Source: Heterodontus francisci
Taxonomy: Eukaryota
Assembly: GCF_036365525.1 (NCBI RefSeq)
Contig: NC_090386.1
Location: 40,161,360 to 40,225,359 of the forward strand
Direction of reading: 5' to 3'
DNA: 64,000 nucleotides
Positions 25,350 through 37,245 of this stretch are shown piece after piece. The notes below the pieces were generated by a model. The model worked only from the letters and a program-made list of their open reading frames with translations, was not told where the DNA came from and did no database searches. A program made the translations under genes and the position numbers. Positions within the stretch are counted from its first letter, which is position 1, and each line of letters opens with the position of its first letter.

Positions 25350-26040
25350 TTACGAAAGTACTTCCATTTTTTGTTAAATTTTGAGGACTTGTGTTTTGTT
25401 TGGGAAAACTGAAAAGGATTCCATGGATTTTTTTTTCACTGGGGTTATTGAAAGGACTGAGAGGTCTTGTTTGTGAACAACATGTACTGGAAGTCACCTA
25501 TCTTCAGAAAAATAAAAGCTGGGGTGTTTTGCCTTGGAGGAGATGTTTACAGAGAAGTGACAGGTCAAGATTTATAGGGGTCAGGAGGCTTGACTCTTGA
25601 GACATTGTTTTAGTTTCATTTTTGGGGTATGAACAATGTTTTGAGTGGGAGTTTTAAAAAAAAAGCCCAACTCAGCCTGTTCTATCTCTTTGAAAAGCCT
25701 GCCAGTTTTTCCATTTCTTTGAGAAGCTCTTAGAAGCAACTGTAAGAAATAGAGAAATTGGTGCTACATTCTTCCTGAAAGGCCTGCTTGAAACCCCTGT
25801 TGCCGCATTTCTCCTGAGACACTGGAAAAACCTGCCGTCTGAATAAATTGCTCCAGAGAAAGATCCCAGTGGCAGCTGTCTACGTGTATTTAGGACACGA
25901 AACCAAAAAAGGGACAACTGACATCTTTCCATATCTTTTTTTTTGCAAGAATTAGCAAGTATTTGACCAAAGTATTTATTTTTTTGTCTTTTTTTATAAC
26001 AGAGCTCTAAAAGCAAATCTCTTTTTTTCTGATTGACCGG
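25350..26040. mobile_element. LTR-like insertion inside CR1
   Basis: Non-coding block interrupting the CR1 endonuclease, starts TATTACGA (TG..-like terminus decayed), loosely similar in layout to 46140-46951; no TSD confirmed. Confidence 0.4.
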
Positions 26041-26062
26041 TGTGTGTGTGTGTGTGTGTGTG

Positions 26063-27190
26063 ACCGTGTCCAGCCCATTTCCCGCACCTCTACCCTCACC
26101 CCTTCCCCTCCCTCCCAGAACCGTGACAGGGTTCCCCTTGTCCTCACTTTCCACCCCATCAGCCTCCATATCCAAAGGATCATCCTCCGCCATTTCTGCC
26201 ACCTCCAGTGTGATGCCACTACCAAACACATCTTCCCCTCCCTTTCCCTGTCAGCATTCCGAAGGGATCATTCCCTCTGCGACACCCTGGTCCACTCCTC
26301 CATTACCCCCACCACCTCGTCCTCTTCCCACGGCACCTTCCCCTGCAATCGCAGGAGGTGTAAGACCTGCCCATTTACCTCCTCTCTCCTCGCTATCCCA
26401 GGCCCCAAACACTCCTTTCAGGTGAAGCAGCGATTTACTTGTACTTCTTTCAATGTAGTATACTGTATTCGCTGCTCGCAATGTGGTCTCCTCTACATTG
26501 GAGAGAGCAAACGCAGACTGGGTAACCAGAACACCTCCGCTCAGTCCGCAAGCAGGACCCTGAGCTTCCAGTTGCTTGCCATTTCAACATTCCCCCCTGC
26601 TCTCATCTCTGTCCTGGGATTGCTGCAATGTTCCAGTGAACATCAACGCAAGCTCGAGGAACAGCATCTCATTTACCGATTAGGCACATTACAGCCTGCC
26701 GGACTGAACATTGAGTTCAGTCATTTCAGAGCATGACAGGCCCCCCATTTTACTTTTATTTTTTTATTTAGTTATTTTTTTATTTTTTTATTTTTTACAT
26801 TTTTTACAACTTTTTTTTCATGTTTATTTCATTTCATCTTAGTTTGTTCAGTTTGCTTACCCACTGTTTTTTCATGTTTGGACTTGCTGCTGTTCAACCT
26901 TCAGTCCGTTAATACCCTATTTGTACTAATGCTTTGTCTTTCAATGCACCATTAACATATTGTTTGCCTCTGCTCCATGACCTTTTGGTCAGCTATGTGG
27001 CCTTGTCCAATCTACACCTTCTCCTTTGTTATCTCTTGCCCCACCTCTGCCTCACTTGCTTATAACCTTTGGCATTTCTAATATTTGCTAGTTCCGAAGA
27101 AGGGTCACTGACCCGAAACGTTAACTCTGCTTCTCTTTCCACAGATGCTGCCAGACCTGCTGAGTGGTTCCAGCATTTCTTGTTTTTATT
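26063..27190 (+). mobile_element. 5'-truncated Penelope-like element: Cys-rich linker, GIY-YIG endonuclease and 3' terminal repeat
   Basis: FPCNRRRCKTC..FTCTSFNVVYCIRCSQCGLLYIGESKRRL..RKLEEQHLIYRLGTLQPAGLN, stop at 26736; Cys-rich linker suggests the Neptune group; 5' end abuts a (TG)n tract. Confidence 0.92.
27090..27126 (+). ncRNA. Minimal type I hammerhead ribozyme motif in the Penelope terminal repeat
   Basis: AGTT-CCGAAGA-A-GGGTC-ACT-GACCC-GAAA-C-GTT-AACT: stem I AGTT/AACT, core variant of CUGANGA, 5-bp stem II, GAAA, loopless ACGT helix III, GUU triplet. Activity not shown. Confidence 0.72.
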
Positions 27191-29705
27191 ACAATAGAGA
27201 AGCATGTCGCATGGGTAATACAGTAATCATAGATGATTTCAATCTGCACATAGACTGGATAAACCTAATGAGCACTAATGCTGTGGAGGATGAGTGTCTG
27301 GAGTGTGTTAGGGGTGGTTTTCTGGAGCAGTATGTTGTGAAACCGACAAGAGAACAAGCTATTTTAGATCTAGTATTAGGTAATGAGAAAGGGTTAATTA
27401 ATAATCTTGTTGTAACAGAACCTTTAGGGATGAGTGACCATAATTTGATAGAATTTTACATTATGTTTGAAAGTGATATAGTTCAATCTGAAGCCAGGGT
27501 TTTAAATTTCGACAAAAGAAATTATAAAGGTATGAGGGGCAAATTGACTGAGGTGAATTGGGAAAATACATTAAAAGGTATGAGAATACATTCACAATGA
27601 ATAGTCTTAAAAGAATTATTACATAGTTTACAGCAACTATACATTCCTTCAAGGCACAAAAACCCAAAGAGAAAAGTCAGCCAACTGTGGCTAACAAAAG
27701 AAGTTAAGGATTGTATAAGATTAAAAGAAAAGGCCAAAAAGTTGCCAGAAATAGTAGTTAACCTAGGATTGGGAGGATCTTAGAATACAGCAAAGGAGGA
27801 CCAAGAAACTGAGAAAGAAAGGGAGAATAGAATATGAATGCAAAGTAGCAAAAAAAAAGGGACTGTAAAATCTTCTATAGGTCCATAAAAAGGAAATGTT
27901 TGGCTAAAACAAATGTGGGTTCATTACAAGAGTCAGGAGAATTTATAATGGGGAATAGAGAAATGGCAGAGAAGCTAAATGATTACTTTGTGTCTGTCTT
28001 TACTGAGGAAGATGCAAGAAATCTCCCAGAATTAGAGATCCAAGAAACTAGGAAGAATGAGGCATTGAAGGAACTTAGTATGAGTAAGATGGTTGTATTG
28101 AAGACATTAATGGGGCTGAAGGTTGATAAATTCCCAGGACCTGATATTCTACACCCAAAGTGTTGAAAGAGGTAGCTATGGGGATAGTGGATGCATTGGT
28201 GATCATCTTCCAAAATTCTATAGATTCCAGAATGGTTTCTGCAGATTGGAAGGTAGCAAATGCCACCCCACTATTTAAGAAGGGAGGGAGAGAGAAAACA
28301 GGGAACTACAGACCTGTTAGCCTTACATCAGTAGCAGGGAAAATGTTAGAATCTATTCTGAAGGATGTGATAAATGGACACTTGGATAATATAATGATGT
28401 GATTAGGCATGGACAACATGGATTAGTGAATGGGATGGATTATACTGGCATGGATTAAGGATTGGTTAACAGGCAGAAACAGTAGGAATAAACGGGTCAT
28501 TCTCACATTGGCAGGCTGTAACTAGTGGGGTACCGCAAGGGTCAGTACATGGGCTGTACTATAGTATATAGTATATCAGTATTATAATATGGAAAAATGT
28601 GAGGTTATCCACTTTGGTAGGAAGAATAAATGTGCAGAGTATTTCTGAAATGGTAAGAGATTAGAAAGTGTAGATGTACAAAGGGACCTGGGTGTCCTCG
28701 TCAATAAGTCACTGAAAGCTAACAGGCAGGTGAAGCAAGCAATTAGGAAGACTAATGGTATGTTGGTCTTTATCACAAGAGGATTTAAGTACGGGAGTAG
28801 CAAAGTCTTGCTTCAATTGTGTAGAACTTTGGTTAGACTGCACTTGGAGTACTGTGTGCAGTTTTGGTCTCCTTACCTTAGGAAGAATATTATTGCCATA
28901 GAGGGAGAGGAACGAAGGTTCACCAGACGTGTTCCTGGGATGCCGGGACTGTCCTGTGAAGAGAGATTGTGGAAAATGGGCCTGTATTCTCCAGAGTTTC
29001 GAAGAATGAGAGGTGATCTCATTGAAACCAACAAAATACTTAAAGGAACAGACAGGGTAGATGCAGGTCAGATGTTTCCCCTATTTGGGGAGTCTAGGAC
29101 CAGAGGACACAATTTCAAAATAAGGGGGAAGCCACTTAGGACTGAGATGATGAGAAATTTCTTTACTCAGAGGGTTGTGAATCTTTGGATTTCTCTACCG
29201 TTGAGGCTGTGGAAGCTCAGTCATTGAGTATGTTTAAAGCAGAGATTGACAGATTTCTAAAAATCAATAACATAAATGGATATGGGGATAATGTGGGAAT
29301 ACGCCATTCAAGTGGATGATCAGACATGATTGTATGGAATGGTGGAACAGGCTTGATGGGCTGAATGGCCTACTCCTCCTCCTATATTCCTAAGGGACAA
29401 ACAGTTGACACGTGCAGAGATGGGAGCGGTATTTTACTGATTTATTTTTTTATGGAGTGTTGGGACCATATCCTGCTTGGCAACCTGACCCTGAGAGAAG
29501 CGGGTCTTCCGACTGACCTTTCAGGGGGCCAGCCAATTAAGAGGGTGCCTCCAGGATTGGTGTTTGATTAGGTGCAGTGGGAAGGAGGAACAGTCAGAAA
29601 CCTGAATGAGGGCTGAATATTTAAAGGGCAACCAGCAGCATGCACAATGACAGAATTGTACGTTGTAGACTGGAAATTTGTAGAAGCGAAAGGAGAAAAA
29701 AAAAG

Positions 29706-29850
29706 ATGGATGCTAGAAAAGCAAGGACAGCCACATGATTCATGGATGTGCTACTTGAGGACATGGTAGAAGCTGTGTGGAGACAGACGTAGATGCTCTT
29801 TCCAGAAGCTGACAGGAGTAGACCAGCCAGCCGCAGAGTACTTGGGATCC
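29706..29850 (+). pseudogene. Relic of a Harbinger-type Myb/SANT-like ORF
   Basis: MDARKARTAT*FMDVLLEDMVEAVWRQT*MLFPEADRSRP resembles the N-terminus of the ORF at 57820-58044. Confidence 0.55.
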
Positions 29851-30214
29851 ATGTCCCCCTGAAAGGACACAGCCTTAATGGTCAATATAGACATTTATCT
29901 CTTCAATTGGCCTGAATGGAATGACACCAAGTTGCTCTTGTTGCAAACTATCCAAAGTACTTTCTTCAAGAGTTGCTCCCATCAGCAGTAGCCTGACACA
30001 TTGAATGGTGCTTTCCCCTTTTATAGTGTTGCAATGATGGCGGTTTGAGCTATGCATTTGCCTTCCTTACCTTGCTGTGTTGCCGACATGGCGTGCAACC
30101 TGTGGGGAAAGAGTCAATTATTGTAAAATGGCTCTTTATTTGCTTCTTAATTGGCTGCCGGTTTCATCCACATTTCAGCTGCCCCTGAGAAATCCAGAGG
30201 GAAGCAGAAACATA

Positions 30215-31015
30215 GGGCAGAATTTGTTCTGCCGTTAGAGGTGGGCATGGAGGTGGGGGGTGGCAAACAAAATGGCAGGGGGAGCCATTCCTGAGGTTGC
30301 CCGAGCCCCCTGCCATTTTGTCCGGTATGGAAGAGGCTGAGGATGGCCTTCCTGCCCCAGGTCAATTGAGGACCTTAAGTGGCTAATTAATGGCCACAAG
30401 GGCCTCTTCTCGACTCCACCTCAATTTAACGGAAGGCAGAGGGGGCCTGCTGCTGTATAGAGATGCTGCCAGGGAAAGCCCAGAAACCTCCTAGTGGGGT
30501 TGAGGGTGCCTCTCTCCTTTGGGAGAAATCCAGGGGCCCCAGTGGGCTTCCCGGCAGTGATTGCTGCCCCACTGTGATGACAGCCCCCCCCCCACCTTCA
30601 CCAACACTCCCGTCCCACCCTGTTGCCCAGACCTGCCTAAATGGCCCCACCGACCCAGACCTCACTGACCTCTCCGGGGTCTAGCCACTCTTCAGTACTA
30701 CAGGGTCTACTGCAGTACCGGCAGTGGCGACTGTGCCTGATGGTACTGCCGGCCTTCCGAGTGGATGGCAGCGCTGCAGGTGGAGCTTGCCCCTTAAAGG
30801 GACGGCTGGCAGTTAATTGGCTGCCCACCGTTAAATAGCTTCGGGGGTCCAATGGAGGGCCGAGATGGGGTCTTCGCCCATCGCCAGAATAAAATGAAGC
30901 TCATAATTTTTACCCATTTCCAGCCCCCACCACCATTCCCCCACCACCCCCCCCCACCACCCCCAACTCCACCTCCAGACCTGTCTCCAATGGCCTTGGA
31001 AAATATTCCCCCAGC
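30215..31015. mobile_element. PIF/Harbinger-type MITE
   Basis: Starts GGGCAGAATTT after GAAACATA; carries the family motif CAATTGAGGACCTTAAGTGGC; right end imprecise. Confidence 0.7.
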
Positions 31016-32451
31016 ATTACTGTTGGTAAAATGGACCCTAGTCTGAATAAGCCACCCCATCCCCCCCCACCTGTCACTCACACACACACACACAATTGAA
31101 ACGTAATTACTCAAGTAGGAGGAATGGTTTCAAAGTTAGCATTTAAGCTACAGGTGCAAAGCAAAATACCAAACCTGAAATTCTAAAGGAGTTCTCCTAT
31201 CTCCAGGTGTAATTCTGGTTGGAGACTGGTGGAATTCCCAGTAAACAACCCATTTACGCAATTTCCCTGGATGTTCCCCTGATTTCCAATACTTTTGGAA
31301 AACACCTGCAGAATTTCAAAAGCAATCAGTGGCAGGACAAGGGATAGGATCATGGCTTGAGTTTGTTTGTATTTTTCACGGGTTGTGAGTAGAGCTGGTA
31401 AGGCTGAATTTGTCATTCATTCCTAGCTGTTCTGAGAAGATAGTGTGGGCCTTCTTGAAATGACACTGGGTGGCTAGCTGGGCAATGAGTCAACTATGTA
31501 GTGTGGAACTGGGTAGTGACCCCTGAAGGTCTTTGGTGAACCAGATGGGCTTTTACAGCTGCTTTCATGATGTCTGCCCACTGATGACCAGATGTATAGA
31601 ACTCAGTTTCACAACTTGAATTATGGGCCTTGATATTCCTCTCCGCACTGCAGTGGAATGTTAGTCAGATGCAGAATATCAGAGATGTGCTGTGTTTAGA
31701 TTTATGGGTTTGGATCATTAGCAAGGCTCAAGCAAGTGCAAGGAAATGGTAATGGCTTCTTCAGGCACTCCCCCAAATGGATGTCCAACCAGCGTTCGAA
31801 AAGGAAATTGATGCAGGAGGATCCTCATGTTTCCACAGCTTTGTCTCCTCTGCTTTGATCCTTTCTCAGCCATACAGAAGAGGAATTCTGGGGCTCTGAT
31901 GGTTGCTTTGCTGGGGTGAATTTATTGAACACTTTTAAAATAGGAGGGACCACATTACAAAACATAAGAGTGAGAGTGAAACATAGATTTGGTTTCAGAA
32001 AATTTTATTTTTTAGAAGGGTCTGAGTATTCTACTTGGGCTGACTGGCTGTAAAGTAGGCAGGTGGAAATCCAAGATTCATATGACCTTTAGAAACCTTG
32101 TTCTTGTGATTTCTGATATCAGTTAGCCTCACGGTCACTCCCAGTTATCCATTATTTCCTATTTATTTTCCGTGTAAACCAGAATCGTTATTCTCAAAGA
32201 AACTTTTACTAAGGAAATATGACCATCGCAACCAGGAAAAAAAGAGTTATTCAATTCAGCTTAACTCTATTGTAATTTGTCAGAGCTACACGACATCTTG
32301 CAATACCATTCATGCCAAGCTGTTTGGCTACTTTACACAGCTACCTCTTACATATTGTTTAATCACTAAAGCTGCATCTTGCACATGTAACTCATTGTTT
32401 AGTATCTGTGTTTTTGTGTCTCTGTGATACTTTACTATTTCTTCTTTACAG

Positions 32452-32629
32452 GTGAATTGCAATGATGACAATGGGATATTGCAGGGTAACTGGGGCCCCG
32501 ATTATTCATATGGAGTACCTCCAACGATGTGGAATGGAAGCATTACAATCCTTCGTCGCTGGAGCAAATTGGGCTGTCAGCCTGTCCGTTTTGGCCAGTG
32601 TTGGGTGTTTGCAGCGGTGGCCTGCACAG
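32452..32629 (+). CDS. TGM2: Transglutaminase 2-like, exon 6 equivalent, with catalytic Cys
   Basis: Acceptor ctttacag|GTG, donor ACAG|gtatga; 178 nt; VNCNDDNGILQGNW...VRFGQCWVFAAVACT; catalytic Cys codon TGT at 32599-32601. Confidence 0.96.
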
Positions 32630-33696
32630 GTATGAAACAAATTGGGCAATGGGTTTGATAAAGATGTGGTATAAGATGCCAAAACTAGCTTCTGACTGGC
32701 ATGGAACTGTGTGGCTATAGTTCAAGAAACAAACTACTGAGAACTGGATTTATATGCACAGACCCCATTATAACCAATTACAATATTCCATGTTTCACCT
32801 TAACAGGAGCTTTTTTATAATTCGATCTGAAGCTCCGAAATCTTTTGTGAAAGAAGCTCAAACTCCAGTTACATGAATTCCTTATGAGTTATTCAATCAG
32901 CATCTACCAGTTTGTAGGAATGAGATCTCACTGGAGTAATCAGTGCAATCAGAACCAATACACTCTCAACAACTGGACTTAAGTAAATGGTTGAGTATTG
33001 AATGAGACTTACCTTGACCAGTTAAAATGTGAATCAATTCCAGTTTTATGAAGTGATGCTCATGAAGTGCAGGAATGCAAAGGCAGAATTCCTGATTTTT
33101 TAATATAATTATATTGCTTTTAGTGAGAACACATGTAGGGATGAAAATATTAGATAACAAATAGTACACTCTTGAAAATAACATTCTGATTAAAAAATTG
33201 ATGGGGATGATGAAGGAAAGAGTCATAAAATCAGAAAGTGAGATGGAGCTGACAAATTTTCGCAGTTGCAACAGTTTAGTCTGTACAGTTAAATGTTGAG
33301 CCAATTGGGTCATATTGATGTGATTTATAATTTAATGTCCTATTGATGTAGTCTGATCAATGAGTTTAAATTATAGCCTGAAGCTCATTGGTATTTTGGA
33401 GTAATGGTGAAGGAATTGACAGTTTAACAGAGTATAAATATTTCATTAACTGACTACTTTGACTGTTTATTATGCAAATACGTTTTCATGATGCACTGGC
33501 AGTTTAGAGAGAAATTATATTATGTGAAATATTCGCATGATAACAAGAAAGGTTTGCCAATTTTCTTTGCCAATTAAAGGGAGACAGTGGCCCTTTAAAA
33601 GTTCAGTAAATTGTATAAATTATGTTTGAGCTTCTACCATTATCATTAGAATCTACTCTAGACAATAGAAAGTCGCTTCTTGCAGTAAAAAATGGA

Positions 33697-34285
33697 ATAA
33701 GAACAAAGAACAGTACAGCACAGGAACAGGCCATTCAGCCCTCCAAGCCTGCGCCGATCTTGATGCCTGCCGAAACTAACACCTTCTGCACTTCCGGGGC
33801 CCATATCCCTCTATTCCCTTCCTATTCATATATTTGTCAAGATGTCTCTTAAACGTCGCTATCGTATCTGCTTCCACCACCTCCCTTGGCAGCAAGTTCC
33901 AGGCACTCACCACCCTCTGTGTAAAAAACTTGCCTCGCACATCCCCTCTAAACTTTGCCCCTCGCACCTTAAACCTATGTCCCCTAGTAACTGACTCTTC
34001 CACCCTGGGAAAAAACTTCTGACTATCCACTCTGTCCATGCCGCTAATAACTTTGTAAACCCTCTATCATATCGCCCCTCCACCTCCGTCGTTCCAGTGA
34101 AAACAATCCGAGTTTTTCCAACCTCGCCTCTTAGCTAATGCCCTCCAGACCAGGTAACGTCCTGGTAAACCTCTTCTGTACTCTCTCCAAAACCTCCACG
34201 TCCTTCTGGTACTGTGGCGACCAGAATTGCACGCAATATTCTAAGTGTGGCCTAACTAAAGTTCTGTACAGCTGCAGCATGACTT
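33697..34285 (-). mobile_element. CR1 LINE 3' fragment
   Basis: RGHRFKVRGAKFRGDVRGKFFTQRVVSAWNLLP; relatively CpG-rich. Confidence 0.9.
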
Positions 34286-35210
34286 TCATCAATGAACTCA
34301 GTCATAAGGTCAGAAGTGGGGATGTTTGCTGATGATTGCACAATGTTCAGCACCATTCAGATACTGAAGCAGTCCATGTAGAAATGCAGCAAGACCTGGA
34401 CAATATCCAGGCTTGGGCCGATAAGTGGCAAGTAACATGCGCGCCACACAAGTGCCAGGCAATGACCATCTCCAACAAGAGAGAATCTAACCATCTCCCC
34501 TTGACATTCAATGGCATTACTATCGCTGAATCCCCCGCTATCAACATCCTAGGGGCTACCATTGACCAGAAACTGAACTGGAGTAGCCAAAAATACCATG
34601 GCTACAAGAGCAGGTCAGAGGCTAGGAATCCTGAGGCGACTAACTCATCTCCTGACACCCCAAAGCCTTTCCACCATCTACAAGGCACAAGTCAGGAGTC
34701 TGATGGAATACTCTCCACTTGCCTGGATGTGTGCAGCTCCAACAACATTCAAGAAGCTTGACACCATCCAGGACAAAGCAGCCCGCTTTGGCACCGTATC
34801 TACAAACATTCACTCCCTCCACCATCGATGCACAGTGGCAGCAGTGTGTACCATTTACAAGATGCACTGCAGTAATGCACCAAGGCTCCTTAGACAGCAC
34901 CTTCCAAACCCGCAACCTCTACCAACTTGAGGAACAAGGGCAGCAAATACATGGGAACACCACCACCTGCAAGTTCCCCTCCAAGTCACACACCATCCTG
35001 ACTTGGAATTATATCGCCGTTCCTTCACTGTCGCTGGGTCAAAATCCTGGAACTCCCTTCCTAACAGCACTGTGGGTATACCTACCCCAAATGGACTGCA
35101 GTAGTTCAAGAAAGCAGCTCACCACCACCTTCTCAAGGGCAATTAGGGATGGGCAATAAATGCTGGCCTGGCCAGTGACGCCTACATCCCATGAATGAAT
35201 AAAAAAAAAT
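34285..35210 (+). mobile_element. 3' fragment of the 17624-20885 LINE family
   Basis: MQQDLDNIQAWADKWQV..; same 3'UTR and A tail. Confidence 0.92.
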
Positions 35211-36371
35211 GCAGACTATGTAGTGCTCATTTGAGGCTTGGCCTCATTTCCTGGCTGCAAGAAGGATGATGACGGAGGCTGAGAGATCACTATTCCGTCT
35301 ATCACTCTGAGTGATCTGGAGAAGAAAATAGGATAAACTTGGTTAAAACAAATATTAATGGTTCTGAAAAATGAAGAGTAATATTTCTTTAAATAAATTA
35401 CCCACGAGAGGACACATTTTCACCATTAAAAGCATATGATATGATACTTTTTTTTTAAATGTAGCATATGCTTCTTTAATAAGAATGTGAAATTGGTCCA
35501 TTTGCTTTCCCTAGGTATTTGCAACTGTACAACTACAAAATAAAAGAAAAATCGTTAAATGTTCCCAAGAGTTATTAACTGTGGATATTTGTCATGCTTT
35601 GGCCAACTCGATCAAATTCAAATCCCCATGGCTGTCTCAGTTGCTTCAGTCGCTGTTTGACTTTGCAACTTCAGTCAGGCTGCTACAAACGTTTCACCTT
35701 AGAGTTCAAGAGATTCCATTTTGCAGAGCCTGAGGGGAAATGGTTGTGTCTGTCCCCCAGCTGCTGCTGGTCACTCGTGCTGTGCAGTTCAACATTGACC
35801 TTCTGCTGCTGCTTCCCACCAGCATGCTGCCTCTTTTCGGGAGGGGCGGGGGAGGAGTGCATGGGGAAGGTCATTGCAGACAAGATTTTCATGGGAATGC
35901 GAAACGCTGCTGGTTGAGCAACCACAAGATGTTGAGCTGAAGGACTCCTGCTAACTTCTGCTTTGCTGCAGGTAACTAAAAAAATGACAGATGTACGAGC
36001 AATTTGTGAGTAGGTAGTCATGGTTCTGCTGCTGCTGGACAGGCCTAAATGGTGGTACTTGTTACCCAATCTACTTGGCATAGATGAAAGCAAACTACTA
36101 AGATGGTATAGCAAATTCATGTGCCCTATCAGCTTTAACAATTATATGCATTGCACTCCTGCCCATTTTCATACCTGTGACAGGTCAGATTCAATGCCTG
36201 TGTGAATCCAAACAAAATAGCTTATGACATATAGTGGGGGAGGGTGGGAGGTGGGAGTTTTAACCCCTCCTCCCCACCACCTGTCAGACACCAGGCAGGC
36301 AAGTAGTTCAAATACCACGGATGACCCACCCCTCTGATTCCACTATCTTCCCGTGGGTCCTGATATTAACC

Positions 36372-37245
36372 TAAAATAAAAGCAAAATACTACAGATGCT
36401 GGAAATCTGAAATAAAAACAAGTTCTGGAAATACTCAGCAGGTCAGGCAGCACCTGTGGAGAGAGTAGTTGAGTGAATGGGCTGGATTTTAAGGAGCCCC
36501 CAACGTTGTGATCCGTGGCAGGGGGGCCTGAGGATGGCCCCAGATGAGGCCCACCACGGATCTCGACACCAACAGGGCCTGGCCTGCTATTATTGGCGGC
36601 AGCGAGGCCTCCGGCACTCAGTGACAGGACCATAATTTAAATATTTCAATAAATTAAAATACCTGAATTACTTACTCTCCTGTTGCCTCCTGATGTCCCA
36701 CCACGATCTTCACCCTGGCAGTCGTCCCTGTTGCCCTTCGGATCCCCGTCCAGGGAAACGAGGCACAACACTGGTGGAGAGGGGGGAGGAGGTAAGTTTT
36801 TTAGTGCAGGGGGTGGGGAATGGGGTCCAATTCATGCCATGGATGTAGGGGATGGTGGGAAGGGTTAGAGTTTAAAGTTGAGAGGGGGCAGGTCAGATGG
36901 TAAAGGTAAGTGTTTTTGGGGGGATGGCAAATTTAATTAATTTAATTGTTATGGGGGGGGGGGGGTGAGAGAGGGGCAAAAGAGATCAGTTTATTTAATT
37001 TAAATCAATCTTTCTTTAAATATTTAAATTTGCCAGTAGGGCTAACAGTCCTTTAAAAATGGTTTCAGCCACGTGATTGGAGGGGGTTGGGGCGGTGGCC
37101 TGCCCTGACTATTTAAATAAGCCGCTGTGATTGGAATTGTGGTGTCTGCTTGGCATGCGGCCCGCATGGGCGGGCTGCCATCTTTTTCACCAGCTTATAA
37201 AATTCAGCCCAACGTTTCAGCTCAGTGACCTTTCATCAGAACTGA
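36372..37245 (-). mobile_element. Penelope-like terminal repeat with hammerhead motif, split by a MITE
   Basis: Minus strand AGTT-CTGATGA-A-AGGTC-ACT-GAGCT-GAAA-CGTT ends at the MITE junction; the remainder continues at 36478-36372. Confidence 0.8.
36479..37210. mobile_element. PIF/Harbinger-type MITE
   Basis: TIRs GGGCTGGATTTT / AAAATTCAGCCC; flanks AAT (36476-36478) and AAC (37211-37213). Confidence 0.87.

Larger units (their letters stand above)
24720..29390 (+). mobile_element. Degenerate CR1 LINE (ORF1 end + ORF2) with nested insertions
   Basis: WDLYKMDGLHLNRTGT ORF1 end; endonuclease start (FRKDRQKGKGGGVAL) interrupted at ~25350, resuming at ~27195 (DFN, LDLV, SDH); RT motifs [32 protein letters not shown]; internal deletions. 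Confidence 0.92.
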
